64,000 bases of DNA, taken from NCBI RefSeq assembly GCF_046119375.1, contig NW_027362765.1:428110001-428174000 (forward strand). The letters are read 5' to 3'. Under the pieces are notes generated by a model. The model was given only the letters and a program-made list of their open reading frames with translations, had not been told where the DNA came from and searched no databases. This document shows, in pieces, positions 24,827-36,728 of this stretch. This DNA is from Phyllobates terribilis. Lineage: Eukaryota. Numbering within the stretch: the first letter of the stretch is position 1; each line of letters begins with the position of its first letter. The position numbers and the translations under genes were made by a program.

Positions 24827-26198
24827 CACCGCGTTCCAAATTATTATGCAAAAAGTGTTTAGGAGTGATAAGGGAAGAATTTGTTTGTTTGTCAGTTAAA
24901 CTCATTGATGGTGATGTGTGTCAGGGCTCTTTATATCACTGTAAGCAATTGCAGACACCTGTGCTAATTAGTTTGGCAGGTGTGTCCAATGAAAGGCAAG
25001 ACTACTTAAGAAGGCTCTCTCACATTATTAAGCAGCCTACATTTTCTGCCAAAATGGGAAAGAAAAAGGATGTGTCGGCTGCTGAGAAGCAACAAATTGT
25101 GGAGTGTTTAGGTCAAGGCATGACTACAATCAACATTGTGCGATGATCAGGATGAAGTGTCTTGGCAATCAAGAAGTATGTAGCTGATTCACAGTACACA
25201 CGTGTGCGTGCTGATAAGGGCAAATTGAGGACTCTTTCCTACAGGCAATTACGTCAGGTTGAAAGAGCAGCGGCAAAAAAGCCTTGTCATAGCAGCAGAC
25301 AAGTTTTTGAAGCTGCTTGTGCCTCCAACGTCCCCCGAACAACAAGATGCAGGGTCCTTCAGAGGTTTGCAGCTGTGCATACGCCATCCTGTCGACCTCC
25401 TCTATCCACTTCACACAAGTAGAAACGGCTCCAGTGGGCCAAACATTACATGAAGACTGATTTCAAAACTGTTTTGTTCACGGATGAGTGCCGTGCAGCG
25501 CTCGATGGTCCAGATGAATGGAGTGGAGGATGGCTGGTTGATTGACACCCCACGCAAACACGGCTACAGCGCCAACAAGGAGGAGGTGGAGTAATGTTTT
25601 GGGCTGGAATCATGGGGAGAGAGATTGTCGGCCCCTTTAGGATCCCTGAAGGCGCTAAAGATGAACTCCATAATGTATGTGGATTTTCTCAAACAGCACT
25701 TCCTGCCATGGTTCAAGAAGAAGAACCGTGTATTTCACAGCAAGATCATTTTTCTGCATGATAATGCACCATCTCATGCTGCACATAAAACATCTGCATC
25801 TCTGGCTGATATGGGCATAAAAGGGGACAAACTTATGGTGTGACCCCCCATGCTCCCCTGACCTCTACCCCATTCAGAACCTTTGGAGCATCATTAAAAG
25901 GAGTGTCTATGATGGCGGGAGGCAGTTCACATCTAAGCAACAGCTCTGGGAGGGTATTCTGTCCTCATGCAAAACAATTGAAGCAGAAACCATCCAAAAC
26001 CTGACAAATTCAATGGACGAGAGAGTTCAGAAGCTCCTTTCGAACAAGGGGTCCTATGTGAAAATGTAACATCACCTAGAATAAAGTTTTGAGTTGAAAA
26101 CTGTTTGATTTCAGTTTCTAACAACCTGCTAATGCTTATAATTTCAAAAATGACCATTTTTTTGGTCTTTATTAAAATGAAAAGGTTGATCGAAAAGT
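24827..26198 (+). mobile_element. Tc1-family element, DD37E (TRT-like); right end deleted, transposase disrupted
   Basis: TA + CACCGCGTTCCAAATTATTATGCA. MGKKKDVSAAEKQQIVECLGQG..., FTDE, HDNAPSH...PDLYPIQNLW. Spacing is 37 residues after correcting one +1 frameshift. Confidence 0.8.
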
Positions 26199-26526
26199 TT
26201 GGGGGATCTAAGAGTGTGGCAACCCAGTAGTCATGATTACTTCGAATTCTGACAATATGAGGGTCATGCTGCAGGTAGTGCAGCAAGAAGGCACTTATGT
26301 GTCTTGCGCATCTCGGAGCCCCAAAATTATTTTCCGGGCTAGATGCAGCTAAAAATTATTTTTAATTTTAAATCTGGTGAAGCTTATTATAGATGGCCTA
26401 ATAGGATCAGTGCTGCACACTGCTACAAAGCCCAAATTATTTTCCAGTCAAGATACAGATAAACATGATTAGTAATTTGAAAGCTTAAAACGGTTGGTAG
26501 GGTGATTTTAACCAATCATCAAGCTT

Positions 26527-29500
26527 TTACTCTCCCCAGGATGACACAGGGGTAGAAAAGTCGTTTCGGATCCATGATTTGTTCATCTTTATGAACGTGA
26601 GTCTGTCTACATTATCAGTGGAGAGCCGCGTGCGCTTATCTGTCAGCACACCACCAGCAGCGCTGAACACACGTTCAGACAGAACGCTGGCTGCGGGGCA
26701 TGACAAGATCTCCAAGGCGTAAGTCGCTAGCTCCGGCCATTTATCCAGATTGGAAGCCCAAAAAGAGCAAGGGTCCAGTGACACAGTCGTGGCTTCAATG
26801 TTTACTTGGAGATACTCCTGTACCATCGTCTCTAGGCGTTGACTATGTGTCAGACTTCTTGTCTCCTGTGGCCTTGCAAAGGATGGGCTAAAAAAGTGGT
26901 GAAATGATTCCGCAAAATTGATGTTACCAGCAGATACTGTGGTTCTGTTACGGTTTGAGTGCTGAACACTTGACGGTCCCACGGTTGGCAAGTTGGAACT
27001 GTGAGATTCACTACGTGCACCACTGGTATTTTGTGGAAAAGCACATGTAAGATTCTGCAACAGTCTCTGCTGATACTCCTGCATGCGTGCATCCCTTTCT
27101 ATGGCAGGAATAATTTCTGCAAATTTACTTTTGTACCGGGGATCTAACAGTGTGGCAACCCAGTAGTCAGGATTATTTCTAATTCTCACAATTCGAGGGT
27201 CATGTTGCAGGTAGTGCAGCAAGAAGGCACTCATGTGTGTTGCGCATCCAGGAGCACCAAGTCCCTGTTGTGTTGGTGGCGAGGTAACAATCATGCTTCC
27301 TTCCTCTGTCCTCTCCCCCCAACCTCGCACAACAGAAATGTGATCAAGGTCTCCCTCATCTGATGAGTCTTCCATCAGTTCGTCCTCCACTTCTTCCTGG
27401 GCTCCTGCACCTTCCTCACTAGTTTGGCTGCTACCATGCGCCCTGGTAAAATCATCTCCCCCACCCTCACATGTCTGCCGCCCTGGTGCTGCCGACCGTC
27501 TGGACCTTGCAGATGTTAGCCCTTCCGCATACAACTCCTCCTCCTCTACTTCCTCCACCTTCTCTTGTGCCACCACCTGACTCCGAATTCTGTTTAACAT
27601 GTGCTCCAGCATGTAAATCACCGGAATAGTCATGCTGATAATGGCATCGTCAGCACTAAACATCTTCGTCGCCATTTCAAAACTGTGCAGAAGGGTGCAT
27701 AGGTCCCTGATCTGAGACCACTCCTCCAGCGTGATTTGCCCCACCTCTGAATCTCGTTGGCCCAGGCTATACGTCAGAACGTATTGCACCAGGGCTTGTC
27801 GGTGCTGCCACAGTCGCTGCAACATGTGCAGAGTTGAATTCCACCGGGTAGGCACATCGCATTTTAGCCGGTGAAGTGGCAGGCCGAACGACTTCTGTAG
27901 AGATGTAAGTCGCTGAGCTGCGGGATGCGAACGGCGGAAGTGAGCACACAGCGACCGTGCCCTCTGCAGAAGGCCATCTAGTCTGGGATAGTGGGCTAAA
28001 AATTGCTGGACAACCAGGTTCAACACGTGAGCCATACAAGGCACGTGTGTGACATTGCCCCGGCGAAGGGCCGCACCCAGGTTTGCAGCATTGTCGCACA
28101 CGGCCTTCCCTGGTTTCAGGTCCAGTGGAGACAACCATTCATGAAATTGGTTCTCCAGAGCTGACCACAACTCCTCAGCTGTGTGACTCACATTTCCCAG
28201 ACATTTCAATGTAAAAACCGCCTGATGACGTTGAGCCCTACTGCCAGCATAGTAAGGAGGTGTGCAGGATCCCTTCTGCGCAGTTAGAAAGCTTGTGGCA
28301 TGACCAGACAGGCTTTGGGTGCAGGTGGAAGACCGAGAGGAGGTTGAGGAGGCAGAAGCAGTGGAGGAAAAATGACATAAAGAGGATTGACGCACAACTC
28401 GTGGGGACGGCAAGACTTGGACAGCAGCCCCTTGTCCTGCTGTCACCATAGTTACCCAGTGCCCAGTCAGCGACATGTAACGCCCCTCTCCATGCCTACT
28501 CGTCCAAGTGTCTGTGGTGAAATGCACCCTGTCACACACAGAGTTTCTCAAAGAAGCGGTGATGTTGTGTGCGACATGCTGGTGGAGCGCAGGCACACCT
28601 TTCTTTGAGAAGTAGTGCCGACTGGGCATCTGGTACTGGGGCACTGCGACGGACATAAGGTCTCGAAAATCCTCTGTGTCCACCAGGCGGAAAGGCAGCA
28701 TTTCTGTAGCCAAGAGCTTGCAGATGGTGAAATTCAACCTCTTAGCTTTCTCATGGCTAGGAGGAAATGGTCTTTTACTTGTCCACATCTGAGGGACCGA
28801 GGGCTGGCTATTGTGCTTAGACGGGGTTGATAAGGGTGTCCCCGGCAAACTGCCGGTCTGTGAGGAAGATGCAGGCGGACATGTTAGGTTGCCTTGATCC
28901 AAAGGTGGTGCTATCGATGTCGGACAGCGCTCAAGACCAGCTGGTGTTACCACCTCCAAAGAAAATGATGACCTGCCAATCACGCTGGCTGTTGCGGGTA
29001 AAGAGGTGGCAGGTCTGCGCCCCAAAACAGGTGTGACTGCTGTCCCCCCAGTCACAGAGGATGAAGAGGCCGCGGATGCACAAGATATGGCAGACGGTGG
29101 TTGGCCCGGCCGGCTAGACCGCATTGTAGCACACTGAGCTTCCCACTGCAACTTATGCTTCATGTCCATGTGCCGGTTCATGCATGAAGTACTCAAACTA
29201 TGTATTTTTTGGCCTCTATTTAGCTTTTGCTGACAAATGTTACAGATAACACGAGTTGGGTCATCTTTATCGATCTGAAAAAATGCCCAGGCTATGCAAG
29301 GCTTAGCACCCATGCGACCTGAAGAGCCACCACGACTTGTGGTGAGAGGCAGAGTTGTGTTTGAGGATGCAGTTGTTGACGTGCTTCCAGTACTACGTCT
29401 CTGTCCAGGAAGGCGCAACCTGACCTCGTCGTCACTAGCATCTTCCTCCACCTCCTCTGCTGACCTCATCTCTTGGCTGACTGTGGGTTGACAGTAAGTG

Positions 29501-30207
29501 GGATCTCCGACCTCATCATCATCACCCTGTGCGTTATCACACCCGTCGTCCTCAGAGCCAACCTGTTCCTGCCCTGACAAAAAACTAAAGTTGTCGCTCC
29601 AATCAGGTATTTGAGTCTTATCATCGTCTTCCTCATTGTCTCCACCAACAGGAGTTACAGTTTGGGAATGAGGGTCTACATTATGGTCAGAACCTTCTGC
29701 GTCTGGTCCTGGATCCGACTCATAAAGATTCTGGGCATCAGTGCAGATCATTTCCTCGTCTGGATTCACAGAAGCGCTGGAGTCGACCTCTGATTCCCAG
29801 GCTATAGTATGAGTAAACAGCTCTGCAGACTCAACCATCTGTTCTACCTCATACTCAGACGGGCAGCTGGAGATTTGGGAGCTGTGAGGAAGCAAGTGCG
29901 ATTTGGGTGACACCTTTGAGGACTGGAGTATTTGTGATGTTGAAGTTGATGTGGAGGAGAGCCCACTTAAAGGAGCACTTGATATCCGTTGAAGCACCTG
30001 CTGTTTTTGTGCCTCATCTGGAATTTGTAGCGATTGGCGTGGCCGTAAGAAAGGGATCTTATCACATTGTCCGCTAAAAGAAGTAGACATTTTAGTTTGG
30101 CTGGAAGATGGTCTTTCTTCTGCACCTACCCCACGGAAACAACCTTTTTTCCCCTTCCCAACACGCCTATTCCCCTTTCCACCAGCAGCAGGCCTTTTTC
30201 CACTCAT
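26527..30207 (-). CDS. hAT (Ac/ZBED-like) transposase, 1226 aa, uninterrupted
   Basis: Basic N-terminus; BED finger (WAFF..VICNIC..HMDMKH); LATEMLPFRLV; catalytic FTTDTWTS and VCDNAANL; CMAH; DVPTRWNST; LLDPRYK; C-terminal dimerisation region WPELATYALEILSCPAASVLSERVFS. Confidence 0.95.
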   Translation of the reverse strand: MSGKRPAAGGKGNRRVGKGKKGCFRGVGAEERPSSSQTKMSTSFSGQCDKIPFLRPRQSLQIPDEAQKQQVLQRISSAPLSGLSSTSTSTSQILQSSKVSPKSHLLPHSSQISSCPSEYEVEQMVESAELFTHTIAWESEVDSSASVNPDEEMICTDAQNLYESDPGPDAEGSDHNVDPHSQTVTPVGGDNEEDDDKTQIPDWSDNFSFLSGQEQVGSEDDGCDNAQGDDDEVGDPTYCQPTVSQEMRSAEEVEEDASDDEVRLRLPGQRRSTGSTSTTASSNTTLPLTTSRGGSSGRMGAKPCIAWAFFQIDKDDPTRVICNICQQKLNRGQKIHSLSTSCMNRHMDMKHKLQWEAQCATMRSSRPGQPPSAISCASAASSSSVTGGTAVTPVLGRRPATSLPATASVIGRSSFSLEVVTPAGLERCPTSIAPPLDQGNLTCPPASSSQTGSLPGTPLSTPSKHNSQPSVPQMWTSKRPFPPSHEKAKRLNFTICKLLATEMLPFRLVDTEDFRDLMSVAVPQYQMPSRHYFSKKGVPALHQHVAHNITASLRNSVCDRVHFTTDTWTSRHGEGRYMSLTGHWVTMVTAGQGAAVQVLPSPRVVRQSSLCHFSSTASASSTSSRSSTCTQSLSGHATSFLTAQKGSCTPPYYAGSRAQRHQAVFTLKCLGNVSHTAEELWSALENQFHEWLSPLDLKPGKAVCDNAANLGAALRRGNVTHVPCMAHVLNLVVQQFLAHYPRLDGLLQRARSLCAHFRRSHPAAQRLTSLQKSFGLPLHRLKCDVPTRWNSTLHMLQRLWQHRQALVQYVLTYSLGQRDSEVGQITLEEWSQIRDLCTLLHSFEMATKMFSADDAIISMTIPVIYMLEHMLNRIRSQVVAQEKVEEVEEEELYAEGLTSARSRRSAAPGRQTCEGGGDDFTRAHGSSQTSEEGAGAQEEVEDELMEDSSDEGDLDHISVVRGWGERTEEGSMIVTSPPTQQGLGAPGCATHMSAFLLHYLQHDPRIVRIRNNPDYWVATLLDPRYKSKFAEIIPAIERDARMQEYQQRLLQNLTCAFPQNTSGARSESHSSNLPTVGPSSVQHSNRNRTTVSAGNINFAESFHHFFSPSFARPQETRSLTHSQRLETMVQEYLQVNIEATTVSLDPCSFWASNLDKWPELATYALEILSCPAASVLSERVFSAAGGVLTDKRTRLSTDNVDRLTFIKMNKSWIRNDFSTPVSSWGE

Positions 30208-30319
30208 TTTGGTGGTTAACTAATTCACAACTCTGGAGTTGTTTGCACAAAAAAACAATGGATGGTAACCGAGCAGAGCTGAGTGGCCAAACTGTGGTAT
30301 TAGGCCAAAACTATTGGCT

Positions 30320-32038
30320 GGGTTAGATGCAGAAAAAAATTATTTTTAATTTGCAACCTGATGGAGGTCAGTATAGATGGACTAATAGACCAAGTCCCAC
30401 ACACCGCTAGAAGCCCAAATATTTTTTCAGAGCTAGATGCAGAAAATTTTTTTATTCAATTTGCAACCTGATGGAGGTCAGTATGGATGGACTAATAGAC
30501 CAAGTCCCACACACTGCTAGAAGCCCAAATATTTTTTCAGAGCTAGATGCAGAAAAAATTATTTTTAATTTGCAACCTGATGGAGGTCAGTATAGATGGA
30601 CTAATAGACCAAGTCCCACACACTGCTAGAAGCCCAAATATTTTTTCAGAGCTAGATGCAGAAAAAAATTATTTTTAATTTGCAACCTGATGGAGGTCAG
30701 TATAGATGGACTAATAGACCAAGTCCCACACACCGCTAGAAGCCCAAATATTTTTTCAGAGCTAGATGCAGAAAAAAATTATTTTTAATTTGCAACCTGA
30801 TGGAGGTCAGTATAGATGGACTAATAGACCAAGTCCCACACACCGCTAGAAGCCCAAATATTTTTTCAGAGCTAGATGCAGAAAAAAATTATATTCAATT
30901 TGCAACCTGCTGGAGGTCAGTATAGAAGGACTAATAGAACAAGTCCCACACACTGCTAGAAGCCCAAATATTTTTTCAGAGCTAAATGAAGAAAAAAATT
31001 ATTTTTAATTTGCAACCTGATGGAGGTCAGTATAGATGGACTAATAGACTAAGTCCCACACACTGCTAGAAGCCCAAATATTTTTTCAGAGCTAGATGCA
31101 GAAAAAAATTATTTTTAATTTGCAACCTGATAGAGGTCAGTATAGATGGACTAATAGACCAAGTCCCACACACTGCTAGAAGCCCAAATATTTTTTCAGA
31201 GCTAGATGCAGAAAAAAATTATTTTTAATTTGCAACCTGATGGAGGTCAGTATAGATGGACTAATAGACCAAGTCCCACACACCGCTAGAAGCCCAAATA
31301 TTTTTTCAGAGCTAGATGCAGAAAAAAATTATATTCAATTTGCAACCTGCTGGACGTCAGTATAGAAGGACTAATAGAACAAGTCCCACACACTGCTAGA
31401 AGCCCAAATATTTTTTCAGAGCTAAATGAAGAAAAAAATTATTTTTAATTTGCAACCTGATGGAGGTCAGTATAGATGGACTAATAGACCAAGTCCCACA
31501 CACTGCTAGAAGCCCAAATATTTTTTCAGAGCTAGATGCAGAAAAAAATTATTTTTAATTTGCAACCTGATGGAGGTCAGTATATATGGACTAATAGACC
31601 AAGTCCCACACACCGCTAGAAGCCCAAATATTTTTTCAGAGCTAGATGCAGAAAATTTTTTTATTCAATTTGCAACCTGATGGAGGTCAGTATAGATGGA
31701 CTAATAGACCAAGTCCCACACACTGCTGGAAGCCCAAATATTTTTTCAGAGCTAGATGCAGAAAAAAATTATTTTTAATTTGCAACCTGATGGAGGTCAG
31801 TATAGATGGACTAATACACCAAGTCCCACACACTGCTAGAAGCCCAAATATTTTTTCAGAGCTAGATGCAGAAAAAAATATTTTTAATTTGCAACCTGAT
31901 GGAGGTCAGTATAGATGGACTAATAGACCAAGTCCCACACACTGCTAGAAGCCCAAATATTTTTTCAGAGCTAGATGCAGAAAAAAATTATATTCAGTTT
32001 GCAACCTGATGGAGGTCAGTATAGATGGACTAATAGAA
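30320..32038. repeat. 109-110-bp tandem array (~16 copies) between the transposase ATG and the element end
   Basis: ATGGAGGTCAGTAT recurs at 30361, 30471 and 30580. Confidence 0.93.
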
Positions 32039-32962
32039 TGATTCTATGCCCAAAAGATTTTACTTCACTAGGTGCAGTAAAAAAATTGGTATTCTATACA
32101 CAGGTGGTATATCTTGCAACACAGATAGGCTACTCCACTGACTAACACACTCTGCAATAGGCCAAAAAGGATTAGCTTTGCTAGATTCAGCCAAATGCTG
32201 TGAAAAAAACTTGCACAGCACTGGCACAGACCTGCCTGGCAAAAACTGATAGGAACTGATGTAACCTAGTCCTGAAAAAAACTTCAATTACAATTAGTCT
32301 TTACTCCCACAATCTATCTATTTAAGAGCACAGACCTGCCTGATAAAAGTCGTAGGAAATGCTGTAACCTAGTCCTTAAAAGGACTGCAATCACAACTAT
32401 TCCCTACTCCCAAGCTATCTGTATATTTGTGCGAAAATTGGCTTGAAATTAACAAGGTATAGCGCACACAGCAACAGCGGTGCCGTCTAACACGCAGCTG
32501 CAGCAGTGAGAAAATGGTGGCGACGGGGAAAATGGCTTGGTCTTATAGGGCAAGGACATGTGACATACACTGCCAATGACACATGCCCTTGCTTGTGTGA
32601 AAAAAAGCACTTCGCTCCGTGTGTGCGCTGCTGATAGGCTGACAGATTGCACCTCCCCACTGCAAATGCGGGAAAGAGAAAAAAAAATGGAGATCTTCAT
32701 TGTTTCTGCAGAGATCCATCCCCTGCCCCTCCCCCCACCCCGCTGTACACTCAAACTGCGTATTAACATTAATTTTCATCATTACTGAGAAAAAATCCAG
32801 TTATGATTTTGGTGCACGAACAGTTATCGAACATAACCTCGAACAGCCGAATTTTTATCAAATTGTTCGTGTTCGCCGAACGGCTCGAACACTGCCCAAA
32901 ACAGCTCGAATTTGAGATTGGCGAACAGTTCGAGTAGAACAACGCTCATCTCTATCAATCAC

Positions 32963-34174
32963 CCACAGCCAACATAAAAATCCTGTTCGTTTCAGATATA
33001 GGTGTGTATATTTCGCACTTGTGATTGGTAATTTATTGCAACTCTAGTAGGGCTTTCCTTATGAAATAAATGAGATGAGTGCCCTATTTATTTCTATTTT
33101 CTTTTTTTTTTTATTATTATTATTTTTTTTTTTTTTTTTTAGATATATATATATTATTATTTATTTTTTTTACATACATTTTCTTTTTTTAGTGTTTTTT
33201 TTATTTTTTTTAGATATTTTTTTTATTATTTATTTACTTTTTCAATCTCAAGTTGACAATAAACTATACAAACATAGTTTTATCAAACGGTTATTTACTA
33301 GCCATTATCAAAGCAAAACAGTTTCACATTTGCAATGTTCTTTATTCACAGATGGAATATATAAAATATATACAAATATAGCCCATGGTTTGAATTCACA
33401 TCGGAAGAAAGGTTTTCGGACTTGAGGAGGGTCGTGCAAGTTTAATATATTTATTCTATTGCAATTTTTTTTTTAATTTATTTATTTTTTTATTTACTAT
33501 CGTCCCTTTATTTATAATACTTACATATATTTTTCTGCATATCTAAAGGCCAACTATACAAAACAGGAATCTATTTATGAATGAATATGAAGTAAATGGG
33601 GAATGCAAATGTAAGACTAAAAATCAAAAATGGTTCCTTTAGAGATCTATTTTACAATCCAATACATCATATTTCTTTGTAAGAATCTCATTTTCTCCTT
33701 GGTTATTCTCTTGGTTTTATTTGTGTATAGAATCCTTTCAATCAATTGTGTATTTCATGTGTATGGCGGTCATTTTTTGGATACTGGCAGGCATTTTTTT
33801 TTTAAATGTGGTTGGGATGGAGTGTTCTCGCAGCCTGTGTGCGGGTGGGAAGATGTAGGCTGTTTGATATAATGAAGTTCAGCTTAATGCCGGGGTACAG
33901 AGCCCCACCCCTTACTATACAAATAGGGTATTTACAGCTTGTATATTGTATAGCTCAACATGCACCTGATGAAGGCTCCTTGAGAGCAGAAACGCATTGT
34001 GCCATTATATGATACTATATGCCAACCACTCATCCCTTGAGTGGTTTTTAATTCAAAATAAATTTTTATCTTGAACCTATGCGCTTTTGAGCAGTCACCT
34101 GCGAGCCTATTGGAACGTTTCCACTAAACTTACAGTGGAGTCTCTATCATCATCCATGGGAGCGCCTCCGGTAA
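32963..34174 (+). repeat. Right pseudo-LTR arm, outer part
   Basis: Reverse complement of 13888-~15070. Confidence 0.9.
33962..34002 (+). ncRNA. Minimal hammerhead ribozyme, second copy, with stem III mutated (ACGCAU)
   Basis: GCAC-CTGATGA-AGGCTCCTTGAGAGCA-GAAACGCATT-GTGC. Confidence 0.6.
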
Positions 34175-35244
34175 TCTCTTGTCACAAACCCACGTGGAGG
34201 CAACCTGTCAGGCCAGGACAAGGTGTGCAACCATGGCTTTTGGATGAGCGGCAGACCGTTAGTGGAGACCCTGTAAAACATTTTATTAAATCTTTACTAG
34301 AGTTGTGCCTGGATCTGCACAACCCACAAAGGTGAGCCTCTCCAGTTACCTTGTCAAAATTCTATATGTGATGTTATTTACTGCGCTCAGATACCGCTCC
34401 TTTCTTTTCCCAGTTTTCATCTTTCTCACTGCCCAGATTTTCTCATTCTTTATAAATTTGATCCACAAATCTGGAGGGTCTACTGGGGTACCTGAATGAC
34501 TTTGGAGATGTGTTCTCGAAAAAAGAGGGAGAGATATTACCTCCCCATCGTTCTTATGACCGCACTATTAATCTTATCTGTAATGCTAAATTACTAGTGT
34601 TGAGCGAGCATGCTCGACACTGCTCGGTACTCGCCTGAGCATCACGCTACTTGGGATGTTCGGTGATCACCGAGCATTTCTGGGTTACTCGGGCGGGAGC
34701 TCGGGTCTCCGCCGTGCATGTTTGGAGCTCTTTACAGAGCCAATGAACATGCAGGGATTGCCAGCCAGTCACTGTAATGCCACAGCCATGCTGTTTGTGG
34801 GCATTACAGTGATTGGGTGGCCGCACAGCGTCACCTCGAGTATTTAAAACCGGGCGCCGCCATCTTGGACACAGTCGCTCTGGATCAGACAGTGTAGGGA
34901 CAGCGCTGCTGATTTAGGGAGAGATATATCCTACGAAATAGTTAGTGCAGGATCTGTAAAGGCTGCCAGATCAAACAAACAGTCCTTCTCAGGACTAATA
35001 TCCATCCCAGATATGAGGCAGGCAGGCTGTATAGGAGAGGCTGGTTATACCAGCAAACGCTGCATTACAGTCCGGTGTGCTCCTGCTGCTGAAATTGCTG
35101 GACTTAGCTCCAGGTGTCAGGGGCCAGTAAAAATCCTTTTTTTTTCATCTAAATCCTCTTTTTTTTACCCTTCACACTGTACAAATATCCGTCTTATTAA
35201 CATTTTGGTGCCCCCCCCCCAAAAAAAATAAAAATAAATAAAAA

Positions 35245-36680
35245 GTGTATCTCTGATTTTTCAGACACAAATATATCTGTTAAAAATAGTCTGGTGTAGG
35301 CTAGAGAAGCAGAAGGGTGGTTTTGCAGTTCCACGGTTCAAACCTCTGTATTATCCACTTTTGGGCCGTTTGTATCTAAAAAAAACATTTTGAGTGTGTC
35401 GCTCACTGTTCAGCCGCAAATATATATATTTAAAAAAGTCTGGTATACACCAGTAAATTATAACTGTGGTTTTGCTGTTCCACGGTAAAAAATCTCTATT
35501 ATCCTGCTTTTGGCATTTTTTGCTGTAAAAAAATAATAATAGTGTCTCCTGATTGTTCAAACACAAATATATCTGTTGAAAATAGTCTGATGTAGGCCAG
35601 AGAAACAGAAGTGTGGTTTTGCAGTTCCACGGTTCAAACCTCTGTATTATCACTTTTGGGTTGTTTGTATCTAAAAAAAACAGTTTGAGTGTGTCGCTCA
35701 CTGTTCAGCCGCAGATATATATATTTAAAAAAGTCTGGTATACACTAGTAAATTATAACTGTGGTTTTGCTGTTCCGCGGTAAAAAATCTCTATTATCCT
35801 GCTTTTGTCATTTTTTACCGTAAAAAAAATTAATAGTGTCTCCTGATTGTTCAGACTCAAATATATCTGTTGAAAATAGTCTGGTGTAGGCCCGAGAAAT
35901 ACAAGTGTGGTTTTGCAGTTCCATGGGTCAAATCTCTGCATTATCCTGCTTTTTTTGCATTTTTTTGCTGTAAAGAAAAACAGTAGTGTCTCCTGATTGT
36001 TCAGACACAAATATATCTGTTGAAAATAGTCTGGTGTAGGCCCGAGAAATACAAGTGTGGTTTTGCAGTTCCACGGGTCAAATCTCTGTATTATCCTGCT
36101 TTTTTGCATTTTTTGCTGTAAAGAAAAACAGTAGTGTCTCCTGATTGTTCAGACACAAATATATCTGTTGAAAGTAGTCTGGTGTAGGCCCGAGAAATAC
36201 AAATGTGGTTTTGCAGTTCCACGGGTCAAATCTCTGTATTATCCTGCTTTTTTGCATTTTTTGCCGTAAAGAAAAACAGTAGTGTCTCCTGATTGTTCAG
36301 ACACAAATATATCTGTTGAAAATAGTCTGGTGTAGGGTAGAGAAACAGAACTGTGGTTTTGCAGTTCCACGGTTCAAACCTCTGTATTATCCACTTTTGG
36401 GCCTTTTATATCTAAAAAAAAAACAATTTGAGTGTGTCGCTCACTGTTCAGCCGCAAATATATTTATTTAAAATTGTCTGGTATACCCCAGTAAACAATA
36501 ACTGTGGTTTTGCCATTCCACTGTAAAAATCTATATTATTCAGCTTTTGGTATTTTTTCCGTAAAGAAAACAGTAATAGTTTCTCCCTGATTGTTCAGAT
36601 TTTTTAAAACAGTCGGGTGTAGGCCAGAGAAATAGAACTGTGGTTTTCCTTTTCCACGGTTCTAATCTACTTTTTATTAC
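35245..36680. repeat. ~150-bp subterminal tandem array upstream of transposase B
   Basis: GTGTCTCCTGATTG recurs at 35836, 35986, 36134 and 36282. Two alternating variants at the left. Confidence 0.88.
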
Positions 36681-36728
36681 CATTTTTCCATTGATAGTGC
36701 GAATGTAAGCTATTTTACTTCCTTCACA

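Larger units (their letters stand above)
22053..32954 (-). mobile_element. hAT element A (10.9 kb): potentially autonomous and carrying cargo
   Basis: Termini TAGTGTTGAGC / GCTCATCTCTA. Perfect 8-bp TSD TCAATCAC at 22045-22052 and 32955-32962. GTTCG/CGAAC subterminal repeats at both ends. Intact transposase. Confidence 0.93.

Noticed and set aside
26527-30207. Domesticated ZBED-type host gene
   Set aside because: The ORF lies within TIRs and a perfect TSD, nested in another TE, with pseudogenised relatives nearby.
30320-32038. 110-bp unit derived from the 18S fragment (TGGAGG.CAGT and TGCAG..AAAAA resemblance)
   Set aside because: Only two short word matches with different spacing; compatible with chance. 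A profile alignment would be needed.
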